Source: Acidimicrobiia bacterium
GTDB lineage: Bacteria > Actinomycetota > Acidimicrobiia > IMCC26256 > JAENVU01
Reading direction: 5' to 3'
DNA length: 64,000 nt
NCBI GenBank assembly: GCA_038250905.1
Contig: JBBSBV010000002.1
Coordinates: forward strand, 71,403-135,402
This document shows positions 38,166 through 48,173 of this stretch, in pieces. A program made the translations under genes and the position numbers. Positions within the stretch are counted from its first letter, which is position 1. Each line of letters starts with the position of its first letter. Below the pieces are notes generated by a model. That model had not been told where the DNA came from and made no database searches. It saw only the letters and a program-made list of their open reading frames with translations.

Positions 38166-39635
38166 TCAGGGAACGCTGTAGCCGTCGTTGCGGACGACGG
38201 TGTAGTGACCGTTGCGGATGGTGAGGCTGCGCCAACGGTCATAGGTCGCGTAGCCGATGTTGGCGGCCGCGGGGGTGGCCCCGAAGCGGTGGACCGCGCC
38301 GAAACCGTCGAGGACCGCGTAGCCGTCGCCGCTCGGAGTCACGACGACGTCGCGGCCGATGTCGAAGCCGAAGTACGCAGTGCCGAGTTTCTGCACGGTG
38401 CCCATCCGCCAGAGCCCGCCGTAACCGTCGAGGATGACGAGACCGCTGCCGTCGAGCGTCACGGCGATGGATCGGGCGACGTCCCAACCCAGCCAGTACG
38501 GATAGTTCCCGGCCGGCTTGCGCGCGGTGCCCACGGTATGGACGCCACCGAAGCCGTCGAGGACGTAGTACCCGGCGCCGTCGGCGGTGAGAGCGAGGCT
38601 GCGGGCGATGTCGAATCCGAAGTAGGGCGAGCTCAGGTGCGACAGCGGCCCGGTGGCGGCCGAGCCGAAGAGGTGGACGCCGCCGTAGCCGTCGAGGATC
38701 ACGTAGCCGTGCCCGTCAGGGGTGGTCTGGATGTCGCGCGCGATGTCCCACGCGAACGGCGTGTAGCCGTAGAAGGGCGCCCCCACGGCGTTCACCGCGC
38801 CGTTGCCGTTCAGCACGTAGTACCCGCCGGTGCCGGCGCTCACGGCGCGTCCGGCCTGTCGGATCGGCAGCGGACACTCGCGGGCCTCGCCGTATCCGAA
38901 AGCGATTCGGTCGGCGGGACAGCTCCCGGGCAGACCGTTGAAGGTGAGCATCCGGTTGTACACCTGCAGGATCACGGTTGCGTACGTAGGCGCACTCGCC
39001 CACTTGCCGGGCCCCCCCATCTGGTTCCAGGTGGGGGCAGTGCCCTTCGCGAAGAAGTGGTCGTAGTTGAAGACCGCGAGCACCGGATCGAGCGCGCCGG
39101 TCGACCGCATCCCGTACCACTCGACGACGGGCGGGTGCGCCAGCGTGGCGGCCCGCGAGGTGGGGTCGGCGAAGTTCTTGAGGTGCTGGATCTGCGCCCG
39201 CACGCCGACCTGCGCGCTCGGGAACTGCCGACCCGAGTTGCACGAGTCGCAGGCACCCATACCGGCGTAGTTGTAATTCTCGGGCTTCACGATGCTGCCG
39301 ACGAAACCGAGATAGCCCGTCTCGACCATCGACTGCGCGAACGCGAGATCGCCGCGGACGCCTTCGGCTCGGCCCTCGTCGATGTAGTACTGCGCGAACG
39401 TGTCGATCGAGACCGGTATCGCGGGTGTGCGTTTGGTGGCGCGGTACCAGTTGGCGAGCTGCGCGGCGGACAGCACGTTCGGGCCCATCACGGGCACACC
39501 GCCGGTGGCGTCGGCCGCGCCCGCGGGAGCCGGCGCCGAACCCACGGAGTTCACCGCGACGAGCGCGGTCGCGACGAGCGCACACGCGGTGAACACACGA
39601 AACAGATGGCTGACGGGCCGCATGGCAACTTTCAT
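38166..39635 (-). CDS. secreted GH73-like N-acetylglucosaminidase domain protein with C-terminal tandem repeats
   Basis: Signal peptide; YYIDEGRAEGVRGDLAFAQSMVETGYL...NYNYAGMGACDSC...VGVRAQIQHLKNFAD. Start at ATG 39635 or 39623. Confidence 0.7.
   Translation of the reverse strand: MKVAMRPVSHLFRVFTACALVATALVAVNSVGSAPAPAGAADATGGVPVMGPNVLSAAQLANWYRATKRTPAIPVSIDTFAQYYIDEGRAEGVRGDLAFAQSMVETGYLGFVGSIVKPENYNYAGMGACDSCNSGRQFPSAQVGVRAQIQHLKNFADPTSRAATLAHPPVVEWYGMRSTGALDPVLAVFNYDHFFAKGTAPTWNQMGGPGKWASAPTYATVILQVYNRMLTFNGLPGSCPADRIAFGYGEARECPLPIRQAGRAVSAGTGGYYVLNGNGAVNAVGAPFYGYTPFAWDIARDIQTTPDGHGYVILDGYGGVHLFGSAATGPLSHLSSPYFGFDIARSLALTADGAGYYVLDGFGGVHTVGTARKPAGNYPYWLGWDVARSIAVTLDGSGLVILDGYGGLWRMGTVQKLGTAYFGFDIGRDVVVTPSGDGYAVLDGFGAVHRFGATPAAANIGYATYDRWRSLTIRNGHYTVVRNDGYSVP
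38169..38837 (-). repeat. five to six tandem ~42-aa protein repeats (propeller-like) in the C-terminus of the glucosaminidase
   Basis: Repeating DG.GY.VLDG.GGVH..G...(12-20 aa)...FG.DIAR.: DGHGYVILDGYGGVHLFG, DGAGYYVLDGFGGVHTVG, DGSGLVILDGYGGLWRMG, SGDGYAVLDGFGAVHRFG. Confidence 0.6.
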
Positions 39636-39713
39636 CGACGGAACGGTGCAGAGAGTTGAGCACGCATCGTGGTATCCGGTGCGCATTCTTCCCACGGACC
39701 GTGGGTCCCGACA

Positions 39714-40292
39714 CTATGGCAAAGGGGTCCTGACCAGCACGGATACGGCGTAATCGCCACCCGTGAACGGATCGGCCGACCAGGTGGCGAACCGGTCCGC
39801 GACCGCGAGACCGGCCGTGCCGGCAAGCCGGTCGAAGTCGGCGAGCGAGAGGCGCCCCGGGAGCACCTGGAATCCCGTGACCACGCGACCACCCGGTTCG
39901 AGGTGGCGTACGAGATTGGCGAGTACCGCGCCCTCGGTCCCCGGCGTGAGGAAGATCATCACGTTGCCCGCCGCGACCACGACGTCGAACCGTCGCCCCA
40001 GATCGACGGTGGCGAGATCGCCGTGGTGCCACTCCAGGCTCGGCGCCTTCTCCCGGGCCCGCTCGATGAACCCGACGTCGAGGTCCACGCCCCACGCCTC
40101 GATGCCACGCCGGTCCAGCTCGATCGCGACCCGTCCGGTACCGCAGCCGGCATCGAGCACCGACGCGGGACCGAGCCCCGCGACGAAGTTCGCCTCGCCG
40201 TGCGGATCCGCACCGGCCGCGGCCAGCGCGTGCCAGCGCGCGTCGTAATCGGCGCCGCTCGGACGGTCGCCCGAACCCCAGCGAGTGCTCAT
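39714..40292 (-). CDS. class I SAM-dependent methyltransferase
   Basis: VLDAGCGTGRVAIELDRRGIEAWGVDLD, FDVVVAAGNV. Starts 6 nt after the upstream stop. Confidence 0.8.
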   Translation of the reverse strand: MSTRWGSGDRPSGADYDARWHALAAAGADPHGEANFVAGLGPASVLDAGCGTGRVAIELDRRGIEAWGVDLDVGFIERAREKAPSLEWHHGDLATVDLGRRFDVVVAAGNVMIFLTPGTEGAVLANLVRHLEPGGRVVTGFQVLPGRLSLADFDRLAGTAGLAVADRFATWSADPFTGGDYAVSVLVRTPLP

Positions 40293-40298
40293 GCGGTA

Positions 40299-41867
40299 CT
40301 AGCCGGCGTGCGCGAACCGCGCCGGGATCGCCGCGGCGGCGACGCGCTCGGACCCGCGGCGTTCGTAGATCGCGATGCCGTCGATGGTCCGTATGTAGCC
40401 GTAGCCGCGCACCACGAACCGCTTCAGGTCCGGCAGCGAGCTCATGGGGTGGTACTGCGACCCGCGAATCGCGGCCGGCGTGGTGTCGAGGATGAAGCGC
40501 GGTGGCCGCGCCCGGAGGTCACTCATCATCATGAGGCGCGCGCCCGGCGTCGGGACATCGGCGGTGAGGTTCGCCTGCGGGCGGCCGCCCCAGTCGCCGT
40601 TGACGAACCCACTCGACAGGAACCGCGTGGCGGGCCGCCCGCCCGATGCCCAGTAGATCTCGGGGAGGTGACCCCACACGAAGACGTAGTCCGAGACGTG
40701 GACCCGGGCCTTCAGGTACGCGCTCACACCCTGGTACTTCGGTTCGTCGCCCCACGGGCGCAGTGCGAATCCGACGGCGGTGAATCCGGTCCCGGCGGCG
40801 AGGGCGACGGCGATGGTCGCGGTCGCGAACTGACGGCGCATTCGTACCAGCGCGCCCGCGCTGATCAGGCATAACGGAGGCAACAACTGCAGGTAGTAGT
40901 GACCGAAGAACCGCAGGCCGACCGCCACGGACAACGCCGCGGACAGCAACCACAACCAGAGGTCGGTGTCGACGCCACGCTCGCGCTGACGCCACGCGAC
41001 CGGCACCGACCAGAGGATCGGCAGGTTGCAGGCGATGAACGCGAACGTCATCACCGCGAACAGTCCGAGCACATAACCGGTCGCACTGCCCAGACCGAAG
41101 TACGACCCGTTGCCGGCGACCGCCCAGAACACGAGATCGCCGGGACCGACGAGGAGCGCCGCGACGAGGAGCGGGATGGCGAACGCCGCAAGACCGAGGC
41201 GCAGGCCGCGTCGTCCCCGGTGGCGCCAGAGGAGGTACACGACCGGGATGAGCGTCGCGGCACCCGTTTGTTTGGCCAGGGTCGCGAACGCCACCGCGAG
41301 TCCGGCGGCGCGCGGCCGATCACGAGCCGCCAACAACACTGCCGCGGTCATCGCCGGCATCATGAAGACCTCGAAGTTCGCCGCCTGACCGTCTTGCGGC
41401 GCGAAGGCGACCGACGCGGCGACGAACAGCAACGCGGCGATCCATCCGGCGCGTTCGCCCCAGCGGCGCCGGGCCTCCGCCGCGAGCAACAGCGCGGTCA
41501 GGGCGACCGCGAGCATCGCGACGACCCGTACTGACCACAGCGCCGTGCTGCCGACCACCGCGAACGTGGCCGCGTACAGATACGGAACCAGTGGTGGCTT
41601 GCGATCGGCGGCGTCCTCGTACAGGGATCCCCCATCGCGGATGACCTGAGCCTGGGTGGCGAGGAAGGTCTCGTCCGAGTTGAAGACGTCGACGAAGAAG
41701 GCGGGGAGCCGGAGCCCGACCGTGAGCAGCAGCACGATGACGACCAGCGGCCACCGGCGCACGGTCGGTCGGGTCGCGACCGGTTCGACAGTTGGAGAAG
41801 ATGCGACGGCGAAAGTCACGGGGCCCCTTGCGGATGAAGGTCGCCATTCTGGCGCGAAATCGGTCAT
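40299..41867 (-). CDS. GT-C fold glycosyltransferase (GT39/GT83, PMT/ArnT-like)
   Basis: About 11 TM segments. First-loop acidic motif FNSDETFLATQAQVI..GGSLYEDAADRKPPLVPYLY is typical of dolichyl/undecaprenyl-phosphate sugar transferases. Confidence 0.7.
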   Translation of the reverse strand: MTDFAPEWRPSSARGPVTFAVASSPTVEPVATRPTVRRWPLVVIVLLLTVGLRLPAFFVDVFNSDETFLATQAQVIRDGGSLYEDAADRKPPLVPYLYAATFAVVGSTALWSVRVVAMLAVALTALLLAAEARRRWGERAGWIAALLFVAASVAFAPQDGQAANFEVFMMPAMTAAVLLAARDRPRAAGLAVAFATLAKQTGAATLIPVVYLLWRHRGRRGLRLGLAAFAIPLLVAALLVGPGDLVFWAVAGNGSYFGLGSATGYVLGLFAVMTFAFIACNLPILWSVPVAWRQRERGVDTDLWLWLLSAALSVAVGLRFFGHYYLQLLPPLCLISAGALVRMRRQFATATIAVALAAGTGFTAVGFALRPWGDEPKYQGVSAYLKARVHVSDYVFVWGHLPEIYWASGGRPATRFLSSGFVNGDWGGRPQANLTADVPTPGARLMMMSDLRARPPRFILDTTPAAIRGSQYHPMSSLPDLKRFVVRGYGYIRTIDGIAIYERRGSERVAAAAIPARFAHAG

Positions 41868-41932
41868 CGCCCGGGATCACCCTCAGGAACCTCCCAATTT
41901 CGGGACCATCCGGATGGCATGATCCACGCTTC

Positions 41933-44254
41933 ATGTTCTCCCGCGTGCGCACGGTCGCGCTCACGATGTTCGCGGCGATCGGCCTGCTCCTCGCGGTCGC
42001 CGCACCGGCCGGTGCAGCGATCGCGCCCCGGCCGGCGGCCACACCCATCCGCGCTCGCAGCGTGCTGATCATCACCCTCCCGGCGACCAACTGGGGCGAC
42101 ATCCGTGACAGCGTCACCCCCAATCTCACCCGGCTGTTCCGCCAGAGCGCACTGGCCGACCTGGCGACCCGGTCGGTGCTGGCCCGCACCGACGCCGGGA
42201 CCGGCTACCTCGCACTCGGCGCGGGAACGCGTTCGGTCGGCAGTTCGACGACCGCGTCGCTCAACCTGGAGCGGGGCGAACGCATCGAGTCGTCGACCGC
42301 GGGCCAGGTGTTCCGGCGCCGGACGGGACGCACCATCGGATCGGGGATCGGCGCACTGGGCTGGCCGTCCCTGCGGTCGAAGAACGCCGGCCTGCCGTTC
42401 GACTCGGTGCTGGGTCAGTTGGGTCGGTCGCTCGAAGCCGCGCACGTCGGCCGCTACGTCATCGCGAATGCCGACGAGCTGTCGGTGGATCCGTCGGTCG
42501 ACCAACCGGTCGATCACCGCGAGGCGGCCCTGGGTCTGATGGATGCGAACGGGCGGGTCCCCGGCACCGTCAGCGGCATCCTGACCGACGACGCGACTGC
42601 ACCGTTCGGTCGCCGCCTCGACATCCCCGCCGTGCTGTCGCACTTCCCGTCCGACTTCACGACGCGGCGCCAGGTGGTGCTGGTCGAGGCATCCGATCTC
42701 GCACGCGCCGACGGATACCGCGGTTACGCGTTCCCGAAGCTGCGCGCGAGCCAACACACGGCCGCGATGCACGCGACCGACGAACTGGTCGGCCGGTTGC
42801 TCGAACACGTGGACCTCCGCCGAGACGCGGTGGTCGTTGTCGCCCCCTACCACTCGGCGCGTGCCCGCACGCTCACGGTGGCTGCAGTCCACTCACCGGG
42901 GATCACGCCGGGACTCATGGAGTCGTCGACCACCCGGCGCGCCGGCTTCGTGCAGATCGTCGATGTCGCGCCGACCATCCTGCATCTGCTCGGGGTCGAC
43001 CGACCCAGTTCCATGGAAGGTCGCGAGGCCCGGGTGAGTACCGCTGCCTCGCCGTATCAGGATCGCCTCGACACCCTCATCCGCCTCGACCGCGGTTCCC
43101 AGTTCCGCGACGCGACGATCGGCAAGACCACCGCGACGCTGGTGACGGTCACGATCGTGCTGGTGGTCTTCTCCATCTTCGGCTTCGGCTACTACCGCCG
43201 GGCGTGGTTCCGGATCCTGCTGCGCTGGGGGTCGCTCGCCTTCCTCGGCTACGTCACCGCCACCTTCGTCATGGGCGCGTTCCCCGCGTACGAGTGGGGT
43301 ACCGCCACGTATTTCGTGCTGGTCGTGGTGATCGCGCTCGCGTTCGCCGCGATCGCGATCGGCTTCGGACGGGCCCGACTCGTCGACCCGACCCTCATCG
43401 CGCTCGGCATGATCGTGGTGCTGCACACCGTCGACCTCCTGACCGGCGCGCACCTCCAGCTGAACACGGTGTTCGGGTATTCGCCGACGGTCGGGATCCG
43501 CCTCGCCGGGATCGGGAACAACGCGTCGGCACAACTCTGCGCGTCGGCCCTGTTGTTCGCGGTGCTCCTGCCCGACCGCGCCCCACGACGCGGCCCGGCG
43601 ATCGGGTACGGCGTCCTCATCGTGACGTTCGTGGTGGTGGGCGCGCCGATGTTCGGTCAGGACTTCGGTGGCGCGCTGAGTCTCGGGCCCACGATCGCGC
43701 TCTGGTGGTTGCTGCAATCGGGTCGACGCGTCCGCCTGCGGACGATGCTCATCCTGGTGGGCGTGCTGGTGGGCGCGGGCCTCGTCGCGGGGTTTGCCGA
43801 TCTCGCCCGGCCGGCCGACGAACGCACCCACGTCGGCCGCCTCTTCGAGAAGATCGGGTCGGACGGCTTCGGCAGTTTCTTCACGGTCGTCGGTCGCAAG
43901 GCCGGGTTGATGTTCCACACCTTCTCGAACACCGCACTGCTGTTCCTGGTCCTCAGCGTGGTGATCGCGCTGCTGCTGGCGTGGCGGCGCAGCGATCTGT
44001 TCGCCCGCGGCTTCCGCCGGTTCCCGACCCTGCGCCCGGGGCTCGTCTGCTTCGCCGTCCTGGTGACACTTGCGACCGTGCTCAACGACTCCGGCGTCCA
44101 GGTCACCGCGATGATGTCGGCGACGTTGCTCCCCGTGCTGATCGTGATCGCGGTAGGGATGGACGCGGAGCGGGACGCCGGAGACGATGCCACCAGTGAC
44201 CGGGCCGGGCCTACGCCGGCGCGTGCACCAGTTGGCGCGCGTTCTCCCGCATGA
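41933..44254 (+). CDS. membrane protein: N-terminal extracytoplasmic alkaline-phosphatase-superfamily-like domain + C-terminal multi-TM domain
   Basis: Signal peptide; SVLIITLPATNWGDI..SVTPNLTRL and QIVDVAPTILHLLG resemble AP/sulfatase-superfamily landmarks; then about 9 TM segments. ATG 41933. Confidence 0.6.
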   Translation: MFSRVRTVALTMFAAIGLLLAVAAPAGAAIAPRPAATPIRARSVLIITLPATNWGDIRDSVTPNLTRLFRQSALADLATRSVLARTDAGTGYLALGAGTRSVGSSTTASLNLERGERIESSTAGQVFRRRTGRTIGSGIGALGWPSLRSKNAGLPFDSVLGQLGRSLEAAHVGRYVIANADELSVDPSVDQPVDHREAALGLMDANGRVPGTVSGILTDDATAPFGRRLDIPAVLSHFPSDFTTRRQVVLVEASDLARADGYRGYAFPKLRASQHTAAMHATDELVGRLLEHVDLRRDAVVVVAPYHSARARTLTVAAVHSPGITPGLMESSTTRRAGFVQIVDVAPTILHLLGVDRPSSMEGREARVSTAASPYQDRLDTLIRLDRGSQFRDATIGKTTATLVTVTIVLVVFSIFGFGYYRRAWFRILLRWGSLAFLGYVTATFVMGAFPAYEWGTATYFVLVVVIALAFAAIAIGFGRARLVDPTLIALGMIVVLHTVDLLTGAHLQLNTVFGYSPTVGIRLAGIGNNASAQLCASALLFAVLLPDRAPRRGPAIGYGVLIVTFVVVGAPMFGQDFGGALSLGPTIALWWLLQSGRRVRLRTMLILVGVLVGAGLVAGFADLARPADERTHVGRLFEKIGSDGFGSFFTVVGRKAGLMFHTFSNTALLFLVLSVVIALLLAWRRSDLFARGFRRFPTLRPGLVCFAVLVTLATVLNDSGVQVTAMMSATLLPVLIVIAVGMDAERDAGDDATSDRAGPTPARAPVGARSPA

Positions 44255-45389
44255 TCCGCCGGATCTCCGCGGCGTCGAAGCCGTCGAGGTCGTGCACGAA
44301 CGACGCGGGATCCGCCAACCCTTCGGCGTGCGGATAGTCGGACCCGAAGACGATGCGCTCGGCACCGATGCAGTCCCGGAGCGCGTGGAGGTCGTCCTCG
44401 TAGTACGGCGACACCCACACGTGGTCCCGGAGTTGCTGCACCGGGTCGCCGCCGACGAACGCGGTCGGCGCCTGGGCGTACGACTTCTTCATCTTGCGGA
44501 CAAGGGTCGGGACCCATTCGCTGCCCGACTCGATGGTGGCCACGCGGACCCGGCGGTGTCGTGCGAACACCCCGTGACAGATCAGCGCGGCGACGGTGTC
44601 GTAGATCGGGCGGTCGGCCGACGTGATCGTGGTGAACGGGTTGTGGCGGAACGCCTCCATCTCGGAACTCTCGCCCCACTCGACGCCGTAACGGTGGTAG
44701 CCGCTCTCCCCGGAGTGGTACGCGACGAGGACGTTCTCCTCGGCGAGGCGGGCCCACACGCGGTCGTAGACCGGGTCGCCCGGTGACCGCGATCCCGACG
44801 GTGCCATCACCGGACCGGCGCGCATCACGATCACCCGAGCTCCGTGCTCGATCACCCACTCGACCTCGGCCTCGGCCCGGACCGGATCGAGCAACGTGAG
44901 GTACGGCGCGGCGTAGATCCGCTGCTGGTAGTCGAAGCTCCAGTCGTCGAGCAGCCACTCGTTGAACGCATGGAACGCGACGTGGGCAGCCTCCGGGTCG
45001 TGCACGAGGGCCTGCTCCATGCCGACGCCCAGCGTCGGGAACAGCAGACAGCCCTCCATTCCTTGCTCGTCCATACGCGCCAGCCGCGCCTTCGGCTCGC
45101 GGTACGCGGGGCTGATCGGGTCGAGTTCACCGAACGCCGATCGGATGTCGTCGCCCGCGCGCTGCCCCCGGAAGTACTCGTCCAACGAACCCGGCTTGGC
45201 GACCGGGTCGAACGACGGGTTCGGGATGAACCGGTTGAGCCGTCCGGCCACCATCAGCCGCTGCTTGCCGTTCAGTTCGACCCACTGCATGGTGCGTTTG
45301 GCCATCGCCGATGGGACGTGGCGGGTGAACGCGTCGGTCGCCTCGTAATAGTGGTTGTCGGCATCGAACAGTTGGAAGTCGAGCGTCAT
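44211..45389 (-). CDS. amidohydrolase-2 family metal-dependent hydrolase
   Basis: FDADNHYYE (N-terminal metal ligands), FGSDYPHAEG (C-terminal Asp/His). 392 aa. Confidence 0.8.
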   Translation of the reverse strand: MTLDFQLFDADNHYYEATDAFTRHVPSAMAKRTMQWVELNGKQRLMVAGRLNRFIPNPSFDPVAKPGSLDEYFRGQRAGDDIRSAFGELDPISPAYREPKARLARMDEQGMEGCLLFPTLGVGMEQALVHDPEAAHVAFHAFNEWLLDDWSFDYQQRIYAAPYLTLLDPVRAEAEVEWVIEHGARVIVMRAGPVMAPSGSRSPGDPVYDRVWARLAEENVLVAYHSGESGYHRYGVEWGESSEMEAFRHNPFTTITSADRPIYDTVAALICHGVFARHRRVRVATIESGSEWVPTLVRKMKKSYAQAPTAFVGGDPVQQLRDHVWVSPYYEDDLHALRDCIGAERIVFGSDYPHAEGLADPASFVHDLDGFDAAEIRRIMRENARQLVHAPA

Positions 45390-45476
45390 ACGGTCGACGG
45401 TAGTCCGAACGCGAGCGGTCGGATCGGGGCCGTCGGGGACCGAACGCGACCGTCAGAGGCTGGGTCCGAGACTGCG

Positions 45477-46697
45477 TCAGACGTCGGCGCGGTCGGTGAG
45501 CCAGCCGAGGATCTGCTCGTAGATCTCGAGGATCCGGTCGCCGTACGCGTCGGCCGTCGCCCACGTGTGCGTGAGGCCGTTCCAGGTGGTGACCTTGCCC
45601 TTCAACGAATGCTTGTCGAGCTTCGGATTGACAGCCGGCGGGTTGAGATCCGCATTCCGCAGCGTCGCGTCGGCGTACACGCGGAGCTGCTGCATCTGGG
45701 CCCGGACGCCGGTCTGCGCATCAGGGAACGCGGTCCCGGTAGGGCAGCTGTCGCACGCGTCCATCCCCGCGAAGTTGTTGTCGAGTGGCGTCAACTGCCC
45801 TCCCGCCGGGAAGTAGAAGCTCGCGGTCTCCAGGATCGACTGCGCGAACGCGATGTCGCCACGGACCTGCGCGGCCTGCCCCTCCTCGATGAAGTACTGG
45901 GTCAGCTGGGCCATCGGCACCGTGATCCGCGCGCCGCGTCGCCGGGTGGCGACGAACCACTGGACGAGTTCGTCGGGCCCCAGCACCGACCGGCTCATGA
46001 TGGGCGTGTTGACCCCGGCCGCGATCGACTGCCACCGCGCGAGCCAGAACCGCGCGCGCGACAGTCCGGCCTGGAGTTCCTCGAGCCGCGCGTCGTGCCC
46101 CGGGATCTCGCGTTGCAGTGCGCCCACCCGCGCGTGCAACCGCTGCGTCTCGTTCCCCGCATCGCGGGCCGCGACGTCGGCCAGGTTGCGCGCGTGCAGC
46201 ATCCGCTTGACGACCTTGGCCTGGCGTTCCCCGACCACGCTGACGATCTTCTTGCGGTACCCGTACTCCGCGGCCGAGTGTGACTCGAGCATGCGCATGA
46301 GGGTGCCGGTGTTCCCGGCGTTCGTGTAATACGCGGAGGCCAGAGAGGCCACCTGTGCACGCGCGTTCCGATACCGCGCCTCGGCGGCGACCGCGACCCG
46401 TCCGAGCATGTCGGCCCGCGCCAGCGCCGCGTTCTCGGCCTGGCGCGCGTCGGCGAGCTGTTGGATCGCGATCTGCCGGTTGACCAGTTCGGTCGACCGG
46501 GCGGCATCCCGTGAGCCGACCAGCGCCGACAGCTGGGCGATGCGCGCCACCGGCGTATTGCTCGTCGTGACCACGGGCGCGCGGCGAACCGTGACTGCGG
46601 CCGCGTCGAACTGCGGCGTGAGGACGGCCGCGGCCGTCACGAGCGCGACAACCGCGCCGAAGTACCTGGTGCATCGCACCGCGCGAGTCATCGACAT
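45477..46697 (-). CDS. secreted coiled-coil protein with C-terminal GH73-like glucosaminidase domain
   Basis: Signal peptide, about 200 aa of Ala/Arg/Gln heptad-like sequence, then YFIEEGQAAQVRGDIAFAQSILETASF...NNFAGMDACDSC...TGVRAQMQQLRVYAD, a paralogue of the domain in 38166-39635. Confidence 0.7.
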   Translation of the reverse strand: MSMTRAVRCTRYFGAVVALVTAAAVLTPQFDAAAVTVRRAPVVTTSNTPVARIAQLSALVGSRDAARSTELVNRQIAIQQLADARQAENAALARADMLGRVAVAAEARYRNARAQVASLASAYYTNAGNTGTLMRMLESHSAAEYGYRKKIVSVVGERQAKVVKRMLHARNLADVAARDAGNETQRLHARVGALQREIPGHDARLEELQAGLSRARFWLARWQSIAAGVNTPIMSRSVLGPDELVQWFVATRRRGARITVPMAQLTQYFIEEGQAAQVRGDIAFAQSILETASFYFPAGGQLTPLDNNFAGMDACDSCPTGTAFPDAQTGVRAQMQQLRVYADATLRNADLNPPAVNPKLDKHSLKGKVTTWNGLTHTWATADAYGDRILEIYEQILGWLTDRADV

Positions 46698-46838
46698 GGG
46701 GACCAGAGATCTTCACACAGGCCGTGGGAACCCCGGGTGCAGCAATTCCGAAACTTCCGCTCAAGAATTTCCGGACATAGTGCCGAATCCACTCATACCC
46801 CAGGACCGTGCTCCGTCATCACCGCCCAGAGGACCTCG

Positions 46839-48173
46839 TTGTTCATCTTCTTCTTGCAATTGCGCGACACCCTCCATGGAGGTCGGCTCTACGTCTTCTC
46901 GATCCTCGTGGCCGTCACGTGGGCGCTCTGGGCGGTCAAGGTGCACCTCTCCCGCCGCTACCAACCCTGGACCGCCGAACACCGTGCGACGGCGTCGATC
47001 GTGGTCCCCGTGGTGGACGAGCCGGTCGGGCTGTTCCACGAGGTGCTCGACCACATCACCGAGCAGACCCCGCACCAGGTCATCGTGGTCATCAACGGGC
47101 CGAAGAACGAGAAGCTCGAACGCGTCTGCGAGGCGTACCCGGGCGTGGATTGGATCTGGACCCCGGTCCCGGGCAAACGCAACGCGATCCGGGAAGGCCT
47201 GGACGCCTGTACCGGCGAGATCGTCGTGCTGGTGGACAGCGACACCATCTGGACCGGCGACACCCTGCGGGAGCTGATGAAGCCCTTCGCCGACCCGCTC
47301 GTCGGCGGCGCGACCACGAACCAACGCATCATCGATCCGGACCGCAACGTGCTCACCCGCTGGGCCGACTGGTTGGAGAACATCCGGGTGCAGTACTCGA
47401 TGCCGGCCATGAGCGTGCTCGGGCAGGTGGGGTGTCTTCCCGGTCGCACCATCGCGTTCCGCCGGACGGTGCTCGAGGACGCGATGCCCGAGTTCCTCGG
47501 CGCCCGCTTCCTCGGCGTGTTCCTCGAGGTGAGCGACGACCGGACACTCACCAACCTCTGCCTGAAGCAGGGATACCGATCCGTGTACCAGTCGACCAGC
47601 CACGTCTACACCGACGCGCCGGTCGGCATGCGCAAGATGGCCAAGCAACAGATGCGCTGGTCACGCGGGAGTCAGTACAACACGCTGCGGATGTTGCCCT
47701 GGATGGTGCGCAACACGCCGATGCTCGCCGTGTTCTACGTGGCCGACATCCTCACGCCCTTCCTCTGGCTCGCCACCGTGACGGGCCTGGTCGTGCGGAT
47801 GTTGCTCGGGCAGAACGTCAACTTCTACCAAGGCATCACCTTCGGGTACGGCGCGGCGATCGGTACCGCGATCATCGTCTGCCTCACGCTGCTCGCGACG
47901 TGGCTCTCGGCCTACATCCGCCAGGCCCGCCACTTCGAGGACCATCCACGCGACCTCTGGCTGCTTCCGGCGTTCACGTTGCTCAACACGTTCATGTTGA
48001 TGCCGATCCGCATCTGGGGGTTCATGCGCATGGCGCGCAACGACGGCTGGGGAACGCGTGCCAACGCGTTCAGCGGCGACGAGGTCAAGACACGCCAGGT
48101 GAACCCGTGGGGTGCAGTTCCGTACCTGCTCGCGTCCATGCTCGTCTTCGCCGGAGTTGCCTACCATGGCTGA
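46839..48173 (+). CDS. processive family-2 glycosyltransferase, hyaluronan-synthase (HasA)/NodC-like
   Basis: PGKRNAIREGL..GEIVVLVDSDT, VSDDRTLTN, YQSTSHVYTDAP, KQQMRWSRGS (QxxRW), flanking TM segments. TTG 46839 follows AGAGGA by 5 nt; the track start GTG 46737 lies in a lower-GC stretch that looks like a promoter. Confidence 0.8.
   Translation: MFIFFLQLRDTLHGGRLYVFSILVAVTWALWAVKVHLSRRYQPWTAEHRATASIVVPVVDEPVGLFHEVLDHITEQTPHQVIVVINGPKNEKLERVCEAYPGVDWIWTPVPGKRNAIREGLDACTGEIVVLVDSDTIWTGDTLRELMKPFADPLVGGATTNQRIIDPDRNVLTRWADWLENIRVQYSMPAMSVLGQVGCLPGRTIAFRRTVLEDAMPEFLGARFLGVFLEVSDDRTLTNLCLKQGYRSVYQSTSHVYTDAPVGMRKMAKQQMRWSRGSQYNTLRMLPWMVRNTPMLAVFYVADILTPFLWLATVTGLVVRMLLGQNVNFYQGITFGYGAAIGTAIIVCLTLLATWLSAYIRQARHFEDHPRDLWLLPAFTLLNTFMLMPIRIWGFMRMARNDGWGTRANAFSGDEVKTRQVNPWGAVPYLLASMLVFAGVAYHG

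Noticed and set aside
41933-43200. The alkaline-phosphatase-superfamily domain as the missing sulfatase substrate of the anSME at 58434-59738.
   Set aside because: I could not find a C/S-x-P-x-R formylglycine motif after the TPNLTRL segment. The genes are 14 kb apart and on different strands.
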